Of a stretch of 64,000 nt of DNA, positions 30,508-41,341 are shown piece by piece (position 1 is the stretch's first letter; the number at the start of each line of letters is the position of its first letter). This stretch comes from Aulosira sp. ZfuVER01 (GTDB taxonomy: Bacteria > Cyanobacteriota > Cyanobacteriia > Cyanobacteriales > Nostocaceae): the NCBI GenBank assembly GCA_034530615.2, contig JAVRCV020000079.1, positions 64,001-128,000 of the forward strand, written 5' to 3'. The notes under the pieces were generated by a model, which saw nothing but the letters and a program-made list of their open reading frames with translations, was not told the origin of the DNA and ran no database searches. Position numbers and translations under genes: made by a program.

Positions 30508-31083
30508 ATGTCAACACAGCCTTTCGATCCCACAAAATATTACCCATCTTATATCAATCCCAATCCTCAATTGACACCTGAGCAGTTTCACCAGATCCAG
30601 AATTCTTGGCAGCTGGTTAAAAATGGTCAATTTGATGCTTTTAAACAACAACAGTTGATTTCCGACTCATTAGGTTTTTGGGGGCTAGAGTTTTACGAAA
30701 CACTTTTTGAACTCGATCCAGCCCTAAAACCGATGTTCAAAAACAAGTTTAATCAAAGTCGAATGCTGACGCAGATGGTTGATGCTGCCTTGGGTTTGTT
30801 ACCCGGTACCATAGATCCAGTTTTGGGTGAAGAGAAAACAGAAATAGACCCTAAACTTATACCTATACTAGTAGACTTGGCATCAAAGCACGTTTCTTAT
30901 AACGTCAAAGCAGGTCATTATCATATTGTAGGTTTGGCACTTGTAACTACTTTACAAAAAACATTAGGAAACAATTTTGATGAGGAAACTAAGGCTGCGT
31001 GGGTAGAGCTTTGGTCTTTGATGTGTACGGTGATGATTCCCGAACATATAAAGAAAGCTCAGGAATTAGAGGTAGAAGTGTAA
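30508..31083 (+). CDS. Single-domain globin with N-terminal extension
   Basis: FYETLFELDPALKPMF, Q at E7, LASKH (proximal His), HYHIVGLAL, AAW. Confidence 0.85.
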   Translation: MSTQPFDPTKYYPSYINPNPQLTPEQFHQIQNSWQLVKNGQFDAFKQQQLISDSLGFWGLEFYETLFELDPALKPMFKNKFNQSRMLTQMVDAALGLLPGTIDPVLGEEKTEIDPKLIPILVDLASKHVSYNVKAGHYHIVGLALVTTLQKTLGNNFDEETKAAWVELWSLMCTVMIPEHIKKAQELEVEV

Positions 31084-31335
31084 GTTTTGGCTTTGAAGAA
31101 TTTCCACGGTTCAAGGATTTAAAATTTACTGCGATCGCGTTAGTGAATCAAGCAATTGTCAGGACTCAAAATTTCTTTGACAATATACAAGATTACTTTG
31201 AGAAGCTCGTGGTAGCAAATAACAAGTCTGCTGCTCTAGAACGGATCTATGCTATGGTTGAAATGCGAAAGTTGCTTGTGTCTGATAGGCGAGAATTTTA
31301 CTAGGTAAAAACATCAATTTGGCTGATTGTCCCCG

Positions 31336-31752
31336 ATGTCCGCAAGAGATACGTTTCATGCACTTGTTAGGAATGCCCTTGAAAATGAAGGGTGGGTAAT
31401 TACTCACGATCCGTATCACATTGATTTAGGGTTTGTTGATTTTTACATCGACTTAGGTGCAGAGCATCTGCTAGCAGCAACAAAAGATAATCAAAAGATT
31501 GCAGTTGAAATCAAAACATTCTTGGCAGCTTCAACAATTTCTGAGTTCCATACGGCAATTGGACAATTTATTAACTACCGCATTGCTTTGGAAGATGACG
31601 ATCCAGAACGGCGGTTGTATTTGGCAGTTCCTCTCGACGTTTACAAGCGATTTTTTCGATATCCATTTATTCAAACAGTTATTCGCCGTAACCAAATTCC
31701 GCTTTTGGTGTACGACACAGAAAAACAGGAGATTGCAGAATGGATAAGCTAA
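31336..31752 (+). CDS. xisH: XisH family protein
   Basis: MSARD..H..V..AL...GW.ITHDP, IDLGAE, AVEIKTF, AIGQFINY. Confidence 0.92.
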   Translation: MSARDTFHALVRNALENEGWVITHDPYHIDLGFVDFYIDLGAEHLLAATKDNQKIAVEIKTFLAASTISEFHTAIGQFINYRIALEDDDPERRLYLAVPLDVYKRFFRYPFIQTVIRRNQIPLLVYDTEKQEIAEWIS

Positions 31753-32078
31753 ATTTCTATCGAGAATTAATTCAAAGATTACTGACAGCACGGGCAAAGT
31801 TTCGCTCCGCAACCGATCCAGTAGAAAGTCAAACCATTTTTGATAAGACACAAGATCGCTATCAGCTTGTGCATGTAGGATGGAAAGATAACAATACGCG
31901 AATTTACGGCTGTGTGCTGCATTTAGACATCAAAGATGGGAAAATTTGGGTGCAGCATGATGGAACCGAGGATGCGATTGCGGATCAACTTGTAAGAGAG
32001 GGAGTAACTCCGCAGGACATTGTGATCGCATACCATGCACCTCATGTACGAAAGTATACAGAATTTGCTGTAGGGTAA
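31740..32078 (+). CDS. xisI: XisI family protein
   Basis: MDKL..YR, D...DRYQL..VGW, HLDIKDGKIWVQHDGTE; overlaps the xisH stop. Confidence 0.92.
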   Translation: MDKLNFYRELIQRLLTARAKFRSATDPVESQTIFDKTQDRYQLVHVGWKDNNTRIYGCVLHLDIKDGKIWVQHDGTEDAIADQLVREGVTPQDIVIAYHAPHVRKYTEFAVG

Positions 32079-32112
32079 CTCACAAGCATAAAATTAATTC
32101 ACAAATGAAAGT

Positions 32113-33012
32113 ATGAACAATCTTGTGACACCACCCGAAAGACAGGCAACAATGCAACTGCAAGATGGTCGTGTCCTTGCTTGGTCGGAATGGGGGCCTG
32201 TTGATGGAGTTCCAGTTTTGTTTTGCACTGGAGCAGGAATGAGTGGATGGCTTGGTTTTGGCGAGAAAGACCTCCCCGATTTAGGCTTGAAACTCATTGC
32301 TATTGACCGCCCTGGCTTGGGTTTATCTCATGCTCATCCTCACAAAACTTTGTCTTCTTGGGTGGATGACACACAGGAGTTTATTCAGGCTAACAATTTC
32401 CATAATGTTCTTGCCGTTGGTTTCTCTCAAGGCGCACCATTTGCTTTCTCTCTCGCAGGATGTAACCTGGTGAAGGCTATAGCAATTGTGTCGGGACAGG
32501 ATGAACTTACCCACCCGCGTCTGAAACCGCTGTTGCATCCCGATGTAGCGGGTATGATTGCTGCTGTTCAACAAGATGCTGTGGAGTTTGAGCAGCATTT
32601 TGCGCAGATGGCTACATGGGAAGGGCTGTGGGGGTTAATTATTGGTATGAGTGGGGAATGCGATCGCATATTGTATGAGAGTGACACTTTCGGCAAAGCA
32701 TATCAACGGGCGTTACAGGAAGGTTTTTCCCAAGGCGCACAGGGATACGCGCGAGACCTTGTGAATACATTCAGTTCATGGCCTGTAGAGTTGGAGAACA
32801 TCAGCGTTCCTGTGGATCTCTGGTATGGTGGTGCAGATACTAGCACAGTTCACTCCCCCGATTTTGGCGCAACTCTGGCTTCACGCTTGCCGAACGCTTC
32901 CCATACAGTTGATCCAGAAGCAGGAGGCTCGATTCTCTGGACGAGAACTAGGGATATTTTGGCAAAACTGAAATCTCATCTCTCCTTGAAGAAAGGCAGA
33001 AGGAGTAATTAG
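32113..33012 (+). CDS. Alpha/beta fold hydrolase
   Basis: DRPGLGLS; GFSQG nucleophile elbow. Confidence 0.85.
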   Translation: MNNLVTPPERQATMQLQDGRVLAWSEWGPVDGVPVLFCTGAGMSGWLGFGEKDLPDLGLKLIAIDRPGLGLSHAHPHKTLSSWVDDTQEFIQANNFHNVLAVGFSQGAPFAFSLAGCNLVKAIAIVSGQDELTHPRLKPLLHPDVAGMIAAVQQDAVEFEQHFAQMATWEGLWGLIIGMSGECDRILYESDTFGKAYQRALQEGFSQGAQGYARDLVNTFSSWPVELENISVPVDLWYGGADTSTVHSPDFGATLASRLPNASHTVDPEAGGSILWTRTRDILAKLKSHLSLKKGRRSN

Positions 33013-33615
33013 TAGGGAATTCAGACCTGCAACGAATTGAAAACTATCAAATCTTCGATAGAGTGTTTCAGTAAATCTGCCATAGCTTTTGCTACAAGCG
33101 CAATCGCTGTCATAATTGCGTGAATTACTCAAAAGACAAATCATTGAAGCCAAATTAGAAAGCAAACTCCGGTTTGCTTGCCGAATCTACTGAAATGAGA
33201 AAGTATTGTTCTATGCTGCGATCGCCATAACCGATCGCCAAAATCTAAAATTAAAACTGGGTGCGATCGCTGTTTGCTTAGTGGAACTTAAACAAAAAAC
33301 ATCAATAAAATAACCTCAAACGCATATCCACAAGACTTTGACATCATTTTGCTTGTTTTGTTGATATATCTGAGTTTCAGGCATTTTTGGGTATTTAGTG
33401 TATTTCCCTTTCCCTGCAAAGGTTTGAGGCTTGTTTTGACCTTAAAAATGTTGAAGTCCCGTTAAAACCAGGCGTAAGCGTCGATCTTTCGATGACGCTT
33501 ACACTCAACAAATTTGGGCTTTATCTTCTTAAGTTGACACCAATCACCCCTACAGATAGATTGCCAACAAGCTTAGTCAGTAACTTTTTCACAATCCAAG
33601 ATGGTATTAGGTTGA

Positions 33616-36600
33616 TTAGGCAAACCGCCAGCGACCAACTGAACCATTATCTAAATCAACGAAGTATAAGTTACCGTCTGACCCCATATTCATCTGCACC
33701 ACGTATTGTGCATTCATAGTAAAAGTTTCCACTGATGTAACGTTCCCAAGTGAATCGAAGCTGAGATTGCGGACAATACCTTGACCCAAGTCATTGAAGA
33801 ACAAATCGCCCCAATACTGTTCTGGATATGCACTACCAGTGTAAAGATCGCCCATGATAATAGCGTTAATTCCAGTAGTACCATGATTAAGGGCATAAAT
33901 AGCTGGTGTTGTTGTTTGCCCACTGGCATAAAAGGTTTGGGATTGAGATAAATCTTTGTAGCCACTAGTCATCAAGTTAACGCCACTACCTCCTTCATAG
34001 TAGGGCCAACCAAAGTTAGTCCCAGGGCCGCCTGCATTGATTTCTTCCCACTGAGTCCAACCCACTTCCCCGATATAGACCTTTCCGGTTTGAGGATCGA
34101 TGGTAAAACGGAAGGCATTTCGCAATCCATATTGGTAGACTTTAGAACGGTTACTGTTGGGATCGCCGTTGTAGAAGGGATTATCTGGTAAACCCTGACC
34201 CGTGATTGGGTCGATACGCAAAATCTTACCAGAAAGGTTATCAATATCTTGGACGCGATACGTCCGAGGGTCAACTTGGTTGTAGGAAGTTGCATCCCCA
34301 TTGCTAAGATAAAGTGCGCCGTCTGGTCCAAACCTCACTGTACCAACACTGTGGGTTGTACTGTCGCCAGCGAGGAAATCTTGGATATTTTCGCCATTGG
34401 GCAAAATACCCGCTGGAGGTTGGTTAAAGTCCACTGTGCTGTTGACAAACCCATTGAAATTGTTCCAAGTACTATTTTTCCCAACTAGGATAACTTCACT
34501 ACCAGGTATAGCAGTGGTGTAGCCTTTGCTAGCATCAGCAGTGACTCGAATCAGTCGACCGGCTCGATTACCTTCTTGATCTGGGCCTGCTAAACCAGTG
34601 TTTTGGTAAACTTCTGGAGGATCGTAGGTAAAAGCCAAGTAAACATAGGGATTGTTAACAAAATCGGGATGAACAGCAATATCAAGTAGGCCGCGATCGC
34701 TAACATTGTTTACCTGTCGAGAAATATCAATAAAAGGAGTTGGTAGTAAAGAACCATTTTTGAAGACTTTTACTACTCCACTCTTTTCGGCAATAAACAT
34801 TAGCTGTCCATCAGGTAGCTGTCCAGCAGGTGTCCAGTCCATAGCCGTTGGTTGTATTAAGCCAGATATCACCGTATCTGTGAATAATTGCCGCTGATCT
34901 GGCATAGGTTGAGCTTGATACATCTGCTGGATTTCTGCTGCGCTTAAAGCAGTGTTATAAATGCGCACATCATCAATTTGCCCTGAGAATCCGTTATCAA
35001 CTCGCCCAATACTGAGTTGTTGAGTTGCATAGGGTTTGCGTCCAGCAAAGTCATTGGTGGAGTAAACTTCCTGTCCATTCACATAAGCCTTGTATGTAGT
35101 CCCGTCAAATGATGTGACCACTTGGTTCCAGGTATTGAGCCTCAAGACATTTCCTGTGGTAAACGAGTTCCAGTTAGTCCCATCCCCAAAGCCCGCATGA
35201 ATTTGTGTTTGGTTATACAGCCAAATTCCTGGGTAGCGTTGCGCATTGCCACCAGCTGGCTGATAACCAAGAATGCCATAATAGCCATTATTTGTAGTGT
35301 TGGAATAGATCCATACTGATTGAGTAAATGTACCGTTACTCAAATTCAAGGTAGGGCTGCTAGGTATATTAACGTAATCATTTATGCCATCAAATGTCAA
35401 ACTGTGAGTGTCAACAAAGTTTAACAGAGGGACTTTCGTTGTCGGGCCGCTTGGTGGAGCAATATTAACATGGTTGCCATTATTGTTAAACCCGGACGAA
35501 TCAACCACAGTAGCACCAATACTACTCTCATCTAACTTCCAATACCCCACCAAACCGGAAACATTTTCGTTATCTACAATCGTAATTTGAGCAGTCCGGG
35601 GTGCTAATAGAGTCGCGCCACCAGTAATGTTATCAATGGCAAAGCCAAAAGTTTCATTTCCTTCGGTGAGTGTATCATCCAGAATCGGAATTATCACAGA
35701 CTTACGAGTTTCACCAGGAGCAAATGTCAGTGTCCCCGATTGTCTGATATAGTCTGCACCAGGAGTAGCAGTACCATCAACTGTTTGATAGTCAACTGTC
35801 ACCGTACCATCACTTCCCTGTTGTCGCAGTACGGTGACTGTGGCAGTACCGTTGGCTTCATTGACAGCGATCGTGCTACTTTCTAACCCAATTACACCAG
35901 GGCCAGAAGTTGGAGAAGGTGGAGGCGGTGTTTGAATCTGTGCCAAGGTGGCAATATCAGCAGCAGTGAGGGCGCGATTATAGATGCGCACATCGTCAAT
36001 TTGCCCAGAGAAGTTGTTATCAACTCGCCCAATATTGAGTTGTTGAGTTGCATAGGGTTTGCGTCCAGCAAAATCAGTGGTGGAGTACACTTCTTGCCCA
36101 TTGACATAAGCCTTGTATGTAGTGCCATCAAACGATGTGGCTACATGATTCCAAGCATTGGTTTTGAGGACATTTCCAGTAGTAAACGCATTCCAGTTGC
36201 TACCATCTCCAAAACCCGCATGAATTTGTGTTTGGTTATAAATCCAAATGCCTGGGTAGCGCTGATTAACTGCGCCTCCTGGTTGATAGCCGAGAACGCC
36301 ATAATAGCCATTATTTGTAATTTTGGAGTAGATCCAGGCTGATTGGGTGAAATTCCCACTACTGAGATTCAAGCTAGGATTACTAGATATACTCACATAG
36401 TCATCTACCCCGTCAAATGTCAAACTGTTGGGGTCAGTAAAATTTAATAGAGGGACATTTGTTGACGGGCCGCTAGGTGAAGTAATATTCACATGGCTGC
36501 CATTATTGCTAAAACCTGATGAATCAACGACAGTAGCACCAATACTTGTCTCATCCAGCTTCCAATACCCTACCAAACCAGTGCTAGTGCTATTCTCGTT

Positions 36601-38340
36601 GTCTACAATTGTGATTTCAGCAGTTTGAGGTGCTGATAAGGTTGCTCCACCAGTAATGTTATCAATGGCAAAGCCAAAAGTTTCATTTCCCTCTGTGAGA
36701 GTATCATCCAAAATCGGAATTGTTACAGACTTGCTGGTTTCGCCAGGGGCAAATGTCAGCGTCCCCGATCGCCTGGTATAGTCTGCATCAGCAATAGCAG
36801 AATTATCAACTGTGCGATAGTCAACAGTTACTGTACCATCACTTCCCTGTTGCCGAAGCACAGTCACAGTAGCTGTGCCATTGCCTTCATTGACAGCGAT
36901 CGCATTGGTTTCTAAGCTAATTACGCCAGGATTGGGTGTGCCAAGTTGCGCCAAAGAGGCAATATCAGCAGCACTGAGAGCGCGGTTATAGATGCGTACA
37001 TCGTCAATTTGCCCAGAGAAGTTGTTATCAACTCGTCCAATATTTAGTTGTTGAGTTGCATAGGGTTTGCGTCCGGCAAAGTCAGTGGTGGAGTACACTT
37101 CCTGCCCATTCACATAAGCCTTGTATGTAGTGCCGTCAAAGGATGTAGCTACATGATTCCAGGCATTGGTTTTGAGGACATTTCCAGTAGTAAACGCATT
37201 CCAGTTGCTACCATCTCCAAAACCCGCATGAATTTGTGTTTGGTTATAAATCCAAATGCCTGGGTAGCGTTGATTGTTTCCAGCGACTGGTTGATAACCG
37301 AGAACGCCATGATAAGCGTTATCTGTAATGTTGGAATAAATCCATAGTGATTGAGTGAATGTCCCACCGCTCAGATTCAAGCTAGGATTACTAGATATAC
37401 TTACATAGTCATCTACCCCGTCAAATCGTAAAGAGCCGTTAACCTTCCCAGTAGTAGACCACTGGGGATTATTTAAAAGGGTGCCATTATTGCTGCCAAT
37501 GGTATCTGTTGCTGTTAAACCGCTACCTTCATCAAATTGCCAACGAGCAATTAAACCATCGTCAATGCTTGCAAGATTAGCACCGTCATAATCTGCAATG
37601 ACAGATTTATCTAGTAAATCAATGCTCTCAATGCTGCCAGTCGCTACTTCTAAATTCCAGTCTCCCCCGAACTGGGAACTACCTGTAAGGTTATTGGAGG
37701 CCGCAATATCTGCACCAGTTAATTGACTCAGCTTTTGGATAAATGACTGTCCTTCAGTGCCTGCTCCTACATTACAGCCGTAGAACAACACATCAGTATC
37801 TTCAGTAAAAGCATGGCTCCAACTTTTGAGATTACTGCTGTATAAACTGAGGTTCTGTAAATTTAAATGAGTGTTGCCTAATGTCACATCCCCAACATTA
37901 CCGTGAGAGACGATATGTACACTCGCAACGTTTTGGTAATGCGCCAAAATATCCGATATTTGTACTACACCATCAAGATTAGGATCGAGTGTAAACACCT
38001 TTGCATGACTAAAGCTTTTAGTTAGATTGGAGCTGTTAGCAATAGCACCATCAATAAAAACCAAATTATGGCTACTTGCAGCCCCAAGCTCTGTCCCTGG
38101 TAATATGAGGTCACTACCTAAAATAGTCTTTTCGCCTACACCTGAGGCATCATTTAAATAATTATATGTTCCGAATTCAAAAGAATTAGTTTCTAGACTT
38201 GGAGAATTTAACATTTTATTTTTAGTCAACCCAACATCAATAAGTCCAAAAATTAGTTTTTTTTTGGACTCATTGCCGTTGATAACTACTGCCGCAAAAT
38301 GGTATAAAAATTTTGCACTAATTAAATCAATGATTGTCAT
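33616..38340 (-). CDS. Large modular protein: DUF4347 + 3 LamG-like + 2 Calx-beta + glucose/sorbosone (PQQ-type) dehydrogenase-like beta-propeller
   Basis: LVFID...HIVSHG...FYGC...GADIAAS; three FDG.DDYV...GQIDDVRIYN units; two GTLTFAPGET...DD..EGNETF units; RGLLDIAVHPDF, FGPDGALY, GKILRIDP, YGLRN, NFGWP. True start may be ATG 38214. Confidence 0.85.
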   Translation of the reverse strand: MTIIDLISAKFLYHFAAVVINGNESKKKLIFGLIDVGLTKNKMLNSPSLETNSFEFGTYNYLNDASGVGEKTILGSDLILPGTELGAASSHNLVFIDGAIANSSNLTKSFSHAKVFTLDPNLDGVVQISDILAHYQNVASVHIVSHGNVGDVTLGNTHLNLQNLSLYSSNLKSWSHAFTEDTDVLFYGCNVGAGTEGQSFIQKLSQLTGADIAASNNLTGSSQFGGDWNLEVATGSIESIDLLDKSVIADYDGANLASIDDGLIARWQFDEGSGLTATDTIGSNNGTLLNNPQWSTTGKVNGSLRFDGVDDYVSISSNPSLNLSGGTFTQSLWIYSNITDNAYHGVLGYQPVAGNNQRYPGIWIYNQTQIHAGFGDGSNWNAFTTGNVLKTNAWNHVATSFDGTTYKAYVNGQEVYSTTDFAGRKPYATQQLNIGRVDNNFSGQIDDVRIYNRALSAADIASLAQLGTPNPGVISLETNAIAVNEGNGTATVTVLRQQGSDGTVTVDYRTVDNSAIADADYTRRSGTLTFAPGETSKSVTIPILDDTLTEGNETFGFAIDNITGGATLSAPQTAEITIVDNENSTSTGLVGYWKLDETSIGATVVDSSGFSNNGSHVNITSPSGPSTNVPLLNFTDPNSLTFDGVDDYVSISSNPSLNLSSGNFTQSAWIYSKITNNGYYGVLGYQPGGAVNQRYPGIWIYNQTQIHAGFGDGSNWNAFTTGNVLKTNAWNHVATSFDGTTYKAYVNGQEVYSTTDFAGRKPYATQQLNIGRVDNNFSGQIDDVRIYNRALTAADIATLAQIQTPPPPSPTSGPGVIGLESSTIAVNEANGTATVTVLRQQGSDGTVTVDYQTVDGTATPGADYIRQSGTLTFAPGETRKSVIIPILDDTLTEGNETFGFAIDNITGGATLLAPRTAQITIVDNENVSGLVGYWKLDESSIGATVVDSSGFNNNGNHVNIAPPSGPTTKVPLLNFVDTHSLTFDGINDYVNIPSSPTLNLSNGTFTQSVWIYSNTTNNGYYGILGYQPAGGNAQRYPGIWLYNQTQIHAGFGDGTNWNSFTTGNVLRLNTWNQVVTSFDGTTYKAYVNGQEVYSTNDFAGRKPYATQQLSIGRVDNGFSGQIDDVRIYNTALSAAEIQQMYQAQPMPDQRQLFTDTVISGLIQPTAMDWTPAGQLPDGQLMFIAEKSGVVKVFKNGSLLPTPFIDISRQVNNVSDRGLLDIAVHPDFVNNPYVYLAFTYDPPEVYQNTGLAGPDQEGNRAGRLIRVTADASKGYTTAIPGSEVILVGKNSTWNNFNGFVNSTVDFNQPPAGILPNGENIQDFLAGDSTTHSVGTVRFGPDGALYLSNGDATSYNQVDPRTYRVQDIDNLSGKILRIDPITGQGLPDNPFYNGDPNSNRSKVYQYGLRNAFRFTIDPQTGKVYIGEVGWTQWEEINAGGPGTNFGWPYYEGGSGVNLMTSGYKDLSQSQTFYASGQTTTPAIYALNHGTTGINAIIMGDLYTGSAYPEQYWGDLFFNDLGQGIVRNLSFDSLGNVTSVETFTMNAQYVVQMNMGSDGNLYFVDLDNGSVGRWRFA

Positions 38341-39045
38341 AGCGCAAAATTAATATTAAATTTTTAAGTTTTCAATTGTGTAGTTTTGAACTAATAAACG
38401 ATCGCAACACTATTGGCAAAATATAGACTCTCACTCGCTGTAGATACAGTACTAAAATATCTAAGTTTTTTTAGAGATATGTTATTTCATCCTTTACCAG
38501 CAGGGAGTAACTATTATTGGACAGCAAATTTATATGGGATGTCAATTCTACTGAGACTATTTCTTAAAAAATTTATATTTACCACTATTTTTTAGCTAAA
38601 TATCAAGTATTTTTAAAGTTAAAAAGCTAAATACAGGTAAAATACATAGTTTTATATCGGAGATTAGATATAAGTTTTTGATATTACAAAATTATATTTT
38701 TTATTGATATGGCATAGTTATCAAAATCATAATTTAAATTATGTAATTCTAAATTAGAAGATTCTATGTAGTACAATTATTTTTTTTATAAATATAAAGA
38801 TAATTTAATGATATCGTGTCTTAGAGAAGAGTGTTTTTTCGCTTTCTCTAGTCGTAGTATGCCGATACAAAGTCAGTTTTACTCATCACATAATTACTAA
38901 AATGGGTTGATAGCTACTATCTAACTAAGCATCTCTAGTAAGAGAACAAGCAATTTAATTCGGTAAAATCATGAAGTTAGATGTTTCACATTGCCACTTT
39001 CCCTTAGACTAAGGGCAGCAACCTTGTTAAAACTGCCTGAGGAAG

Positions 39046-40455
39046 GTGGAATTTGTGACAGAGACGAACAACTTAACCTCTACCCTCCAGGATATGTCGC
39101 GTAGAGAATTGCGAGATTTAGTGCGAACTCAGCTACAAATGCTGCTGGAAGAGGGAGATTTACGAGGCGCAAAAGCTATTCTAGTACCTGTACAACCTGC
39201 GGATATTGCCGAGGCCATTGAAGGTTTGCCAGAAGCAATGCACGCTTTAGCTTTTCGCTTGCTTTCTAAGGATGAAGCGATCGCAGTTTATGAATATCTC
39301 GATTACAGTATTCAAGAACGGCTAATTGAGGAACTTAGAAGTCAAGATGTCCGCGATCTTGTGGATAAAATGTCCCCAGACGATCGAGCTAGGTTATTTG
39401 ACGAACTCCCAGCAAAAGTCGTCAATCGCCTACTAGAACAACTGAGTCCGGCGGAACGTACAGCTACAGCTCAACTGTTGGGTTATGAAGCGGGCACTGC
39501 GGGGCGAATCATGACACCAGAATTAATCTCACTCAAAGAAAATTTTACTGTAGCTCAAGCTATAGAGAAGATTCGCCGTTTAGCTAAAGCCAGTGAGATG
39601 ATTTATTACCTTTACGTCACTGATGCAGCAAGGCGATTGACGGGGATTGTATCACTGCGGGAGTTGGTAACATCTCAAGCTGAGGAATTGATTGACGAAA
39701 TTATGACCCGTGACGTGGTATTTGTCCACACCGATACAGATCAAGAAGAAGTCGCCAGATTGATTCAACGATATGACTTTCTCGCTGTGCCTGTAGTGGA
39801 TCGAGAACAGCGTTTAGTAGGTATTATCACGGTGGATGATGTGATTGATATCCTCCAACAGGAAACGACTGAGGATATCTACGCCTTGGGTGGTGGTGTG
39901 CAGTCGGGGGGTGACAATTATTTCCAGATGAATTTAATGGAAGTTGCTCGCAAACGTGTTGTGTGGTTGTTTGTCTTATTGATTACAAATACCGTTACCG
40001 GAACGATTATTAAGTCGCAGGAAGATATTTTGACAAAAGTCGTGACACTAACAGCTTTTATCCCCTTACTGACTGGTACTGGTGGGAATGTGGGGGCGCA
40101 ATCTTCTACGGTAGTGATTCGCGGGATGAACACGGAAGAAATAAGATTGTTGGGACCACTACAGGTGATTGGAAGAGAAGCGATCGCTGGTGGATTATTA
40201 GGAGTAATGTTAGGTACGATCGCCACTGTATGGGCTTACTTTCTCCAAGGGAGATTAGAAGTAGCGATCGCTGTAGGCAGTAGTTTGGTAGCTATTTCTC
40301 TGTTAGCTTCGATTTCTGGTTCCGCACTGCCGTTTTTATTCCGCTTACTCCGTCTAGATCCCGCATTGATGTCTGCACCGTTTATTACCACCGCCGTTGA
40401 TGTACTTGGTGTCTTGATTTACTTCAACCTGGCGCGGGTTATTTTACAATTATAA
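39046..40455 (+). CDS. mgtE: Magnesium transporter MgtE
   Basis: MgtE N-domain, CBS pair (TAGRIMTPE, GIITVDD), GGNVGAQ, DPALMSAPFITT. Confidence 0.96.
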   Translation: MEFVTETNNLTSTLQDMSRRELRDLVRTQLQMLLEEGDLRGAKAILVPVQPADIAEAIEGLPEAMHALAFRLLSKDEAIAVYEYLDYSIQERLIEELRSQDVRDLVDKMSPDDRARLFDELPAKVVNRLLEQLSPAERTATAQLLGYEAGTAGRIMTPELISLKENFTVAQAIEKIRRLAKASEMIYYLYVTDAARRLTGIVSLRELVTSQAEELIDEIMTRDVVFVHTDTDQEEVARLIQRYDFLAVPVVDREQRLVGIITVDDVIDILQQETTEDIYALGGGVQSGGDNYFQMNLMEVARKRVVWLFVLLITNTVTGTIIKSQEDILTKVVTLTAFIPLLTGTGGNVGAQSSTVVIRGMNTEEIRLLGPLQVIGREAIAGGLLGVMLGTIATVWAYFLQGRLEVAIAVGSSLVAISLLASISGSALPFLFRLLRLDPALMSAPFITTAVDVLGVLIYFNLARVILQL

Positions 40456-40587
40456 AATCAATTGCTAGCAGTTAGCCTAATTGCAAAATGCACCCAGAGA
40501 AATATGATTAATTTCTTCTATTAGATGTATGCGAGTTTGTGACTTGTCAAGTTAAGTTAACAGTAGTAGCTATTCAAGGTGAAAGAA

Positions 40588-40755
40588 ATGAGTAGGGTAC
40601 TGATAGCGATTTTGTTATTTGGATTTTTAGTATTGTTCATTTTCTCTCCCTTTGCTGCACTTGCTGGTTTAATGCTCGTATTGTTAGTTGCAAGTTTTTT
40701 CTCATTACTAGGCAATATATTTCAAGCAATTCTTGGTACAGACAGCGATTCTTAA
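40588..40755 (+). CDS. Small hydrophobic membrane protein (55 aa), not in the ORF track
   Basis: MSRVLIAILLFGFLVLFIFSPFAALAGLMLVLLVASFFSLLGNIFQAILGTDSDS*; AAGGTG RBS-like sequence upstream. Confidence 0.65.
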   Translation: MSRVLIAILLFGFLVLFIFSPFAALAGLMLVLLVASFFSLLGNIFQAILGTDSDS

Positions 40756-41341
40756 TATTTATATAAAGTACAGATCGTTGTAGAGGCAAAACATATTGTG
40801 CCCCTACCTGTGTACTTCATTTACCTGAAAACGGATTGCCTTGGAAACCCACACAACGCAATGCCTCCCCCTGCGGTCTTAACGATCCGTCTTTAACCAA
40901 ACACGATGTTATTTCTCCGAACTGTATTGGACAAGATACGTATATAAAGTAAATAATTATACTTTTATTGCATATTAACTACACATCAATAATATTCCCT
41001 ATTCTTATGCCAATTGAGTTTTCGCCAATTACTTAATATTCACATTGCAAATTGGCTCTAAAGTTTTAATTTTCAGTAAAGTTGTAGTAAAAATAATTAC
41101 GATTTTTAGAAAATAAGCCAGAATGAAATAACTAAATTTCAGGCTAAGTGACAATTAATACAACCCTTGTAAAATTCCACGATTATTTAGAAATTTAGCA
41201 TTTAAATTCATTTTTTTTAGAACACAATTTTTTAGCCCTAGTAATCACAGCATTAACTTGTTAATTGCTGAAATTTAAGTTATGGGCATAAGTAAATACC
41301 ACATATTTTCTAGGAAAATATATTTTTTGAAAAATTTTAAC

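Noticed and set aside
30999..31304. 101-aa ORF overlapping the end of the globin gene
   Set aside because: Out-of-frame overlap with no motif; at most a degraded fragment.
33290..33545. Insertion sequence
   Set aside because: End-like and hairpin sequences are present, but no transposase ORF or matching left end could be identified.
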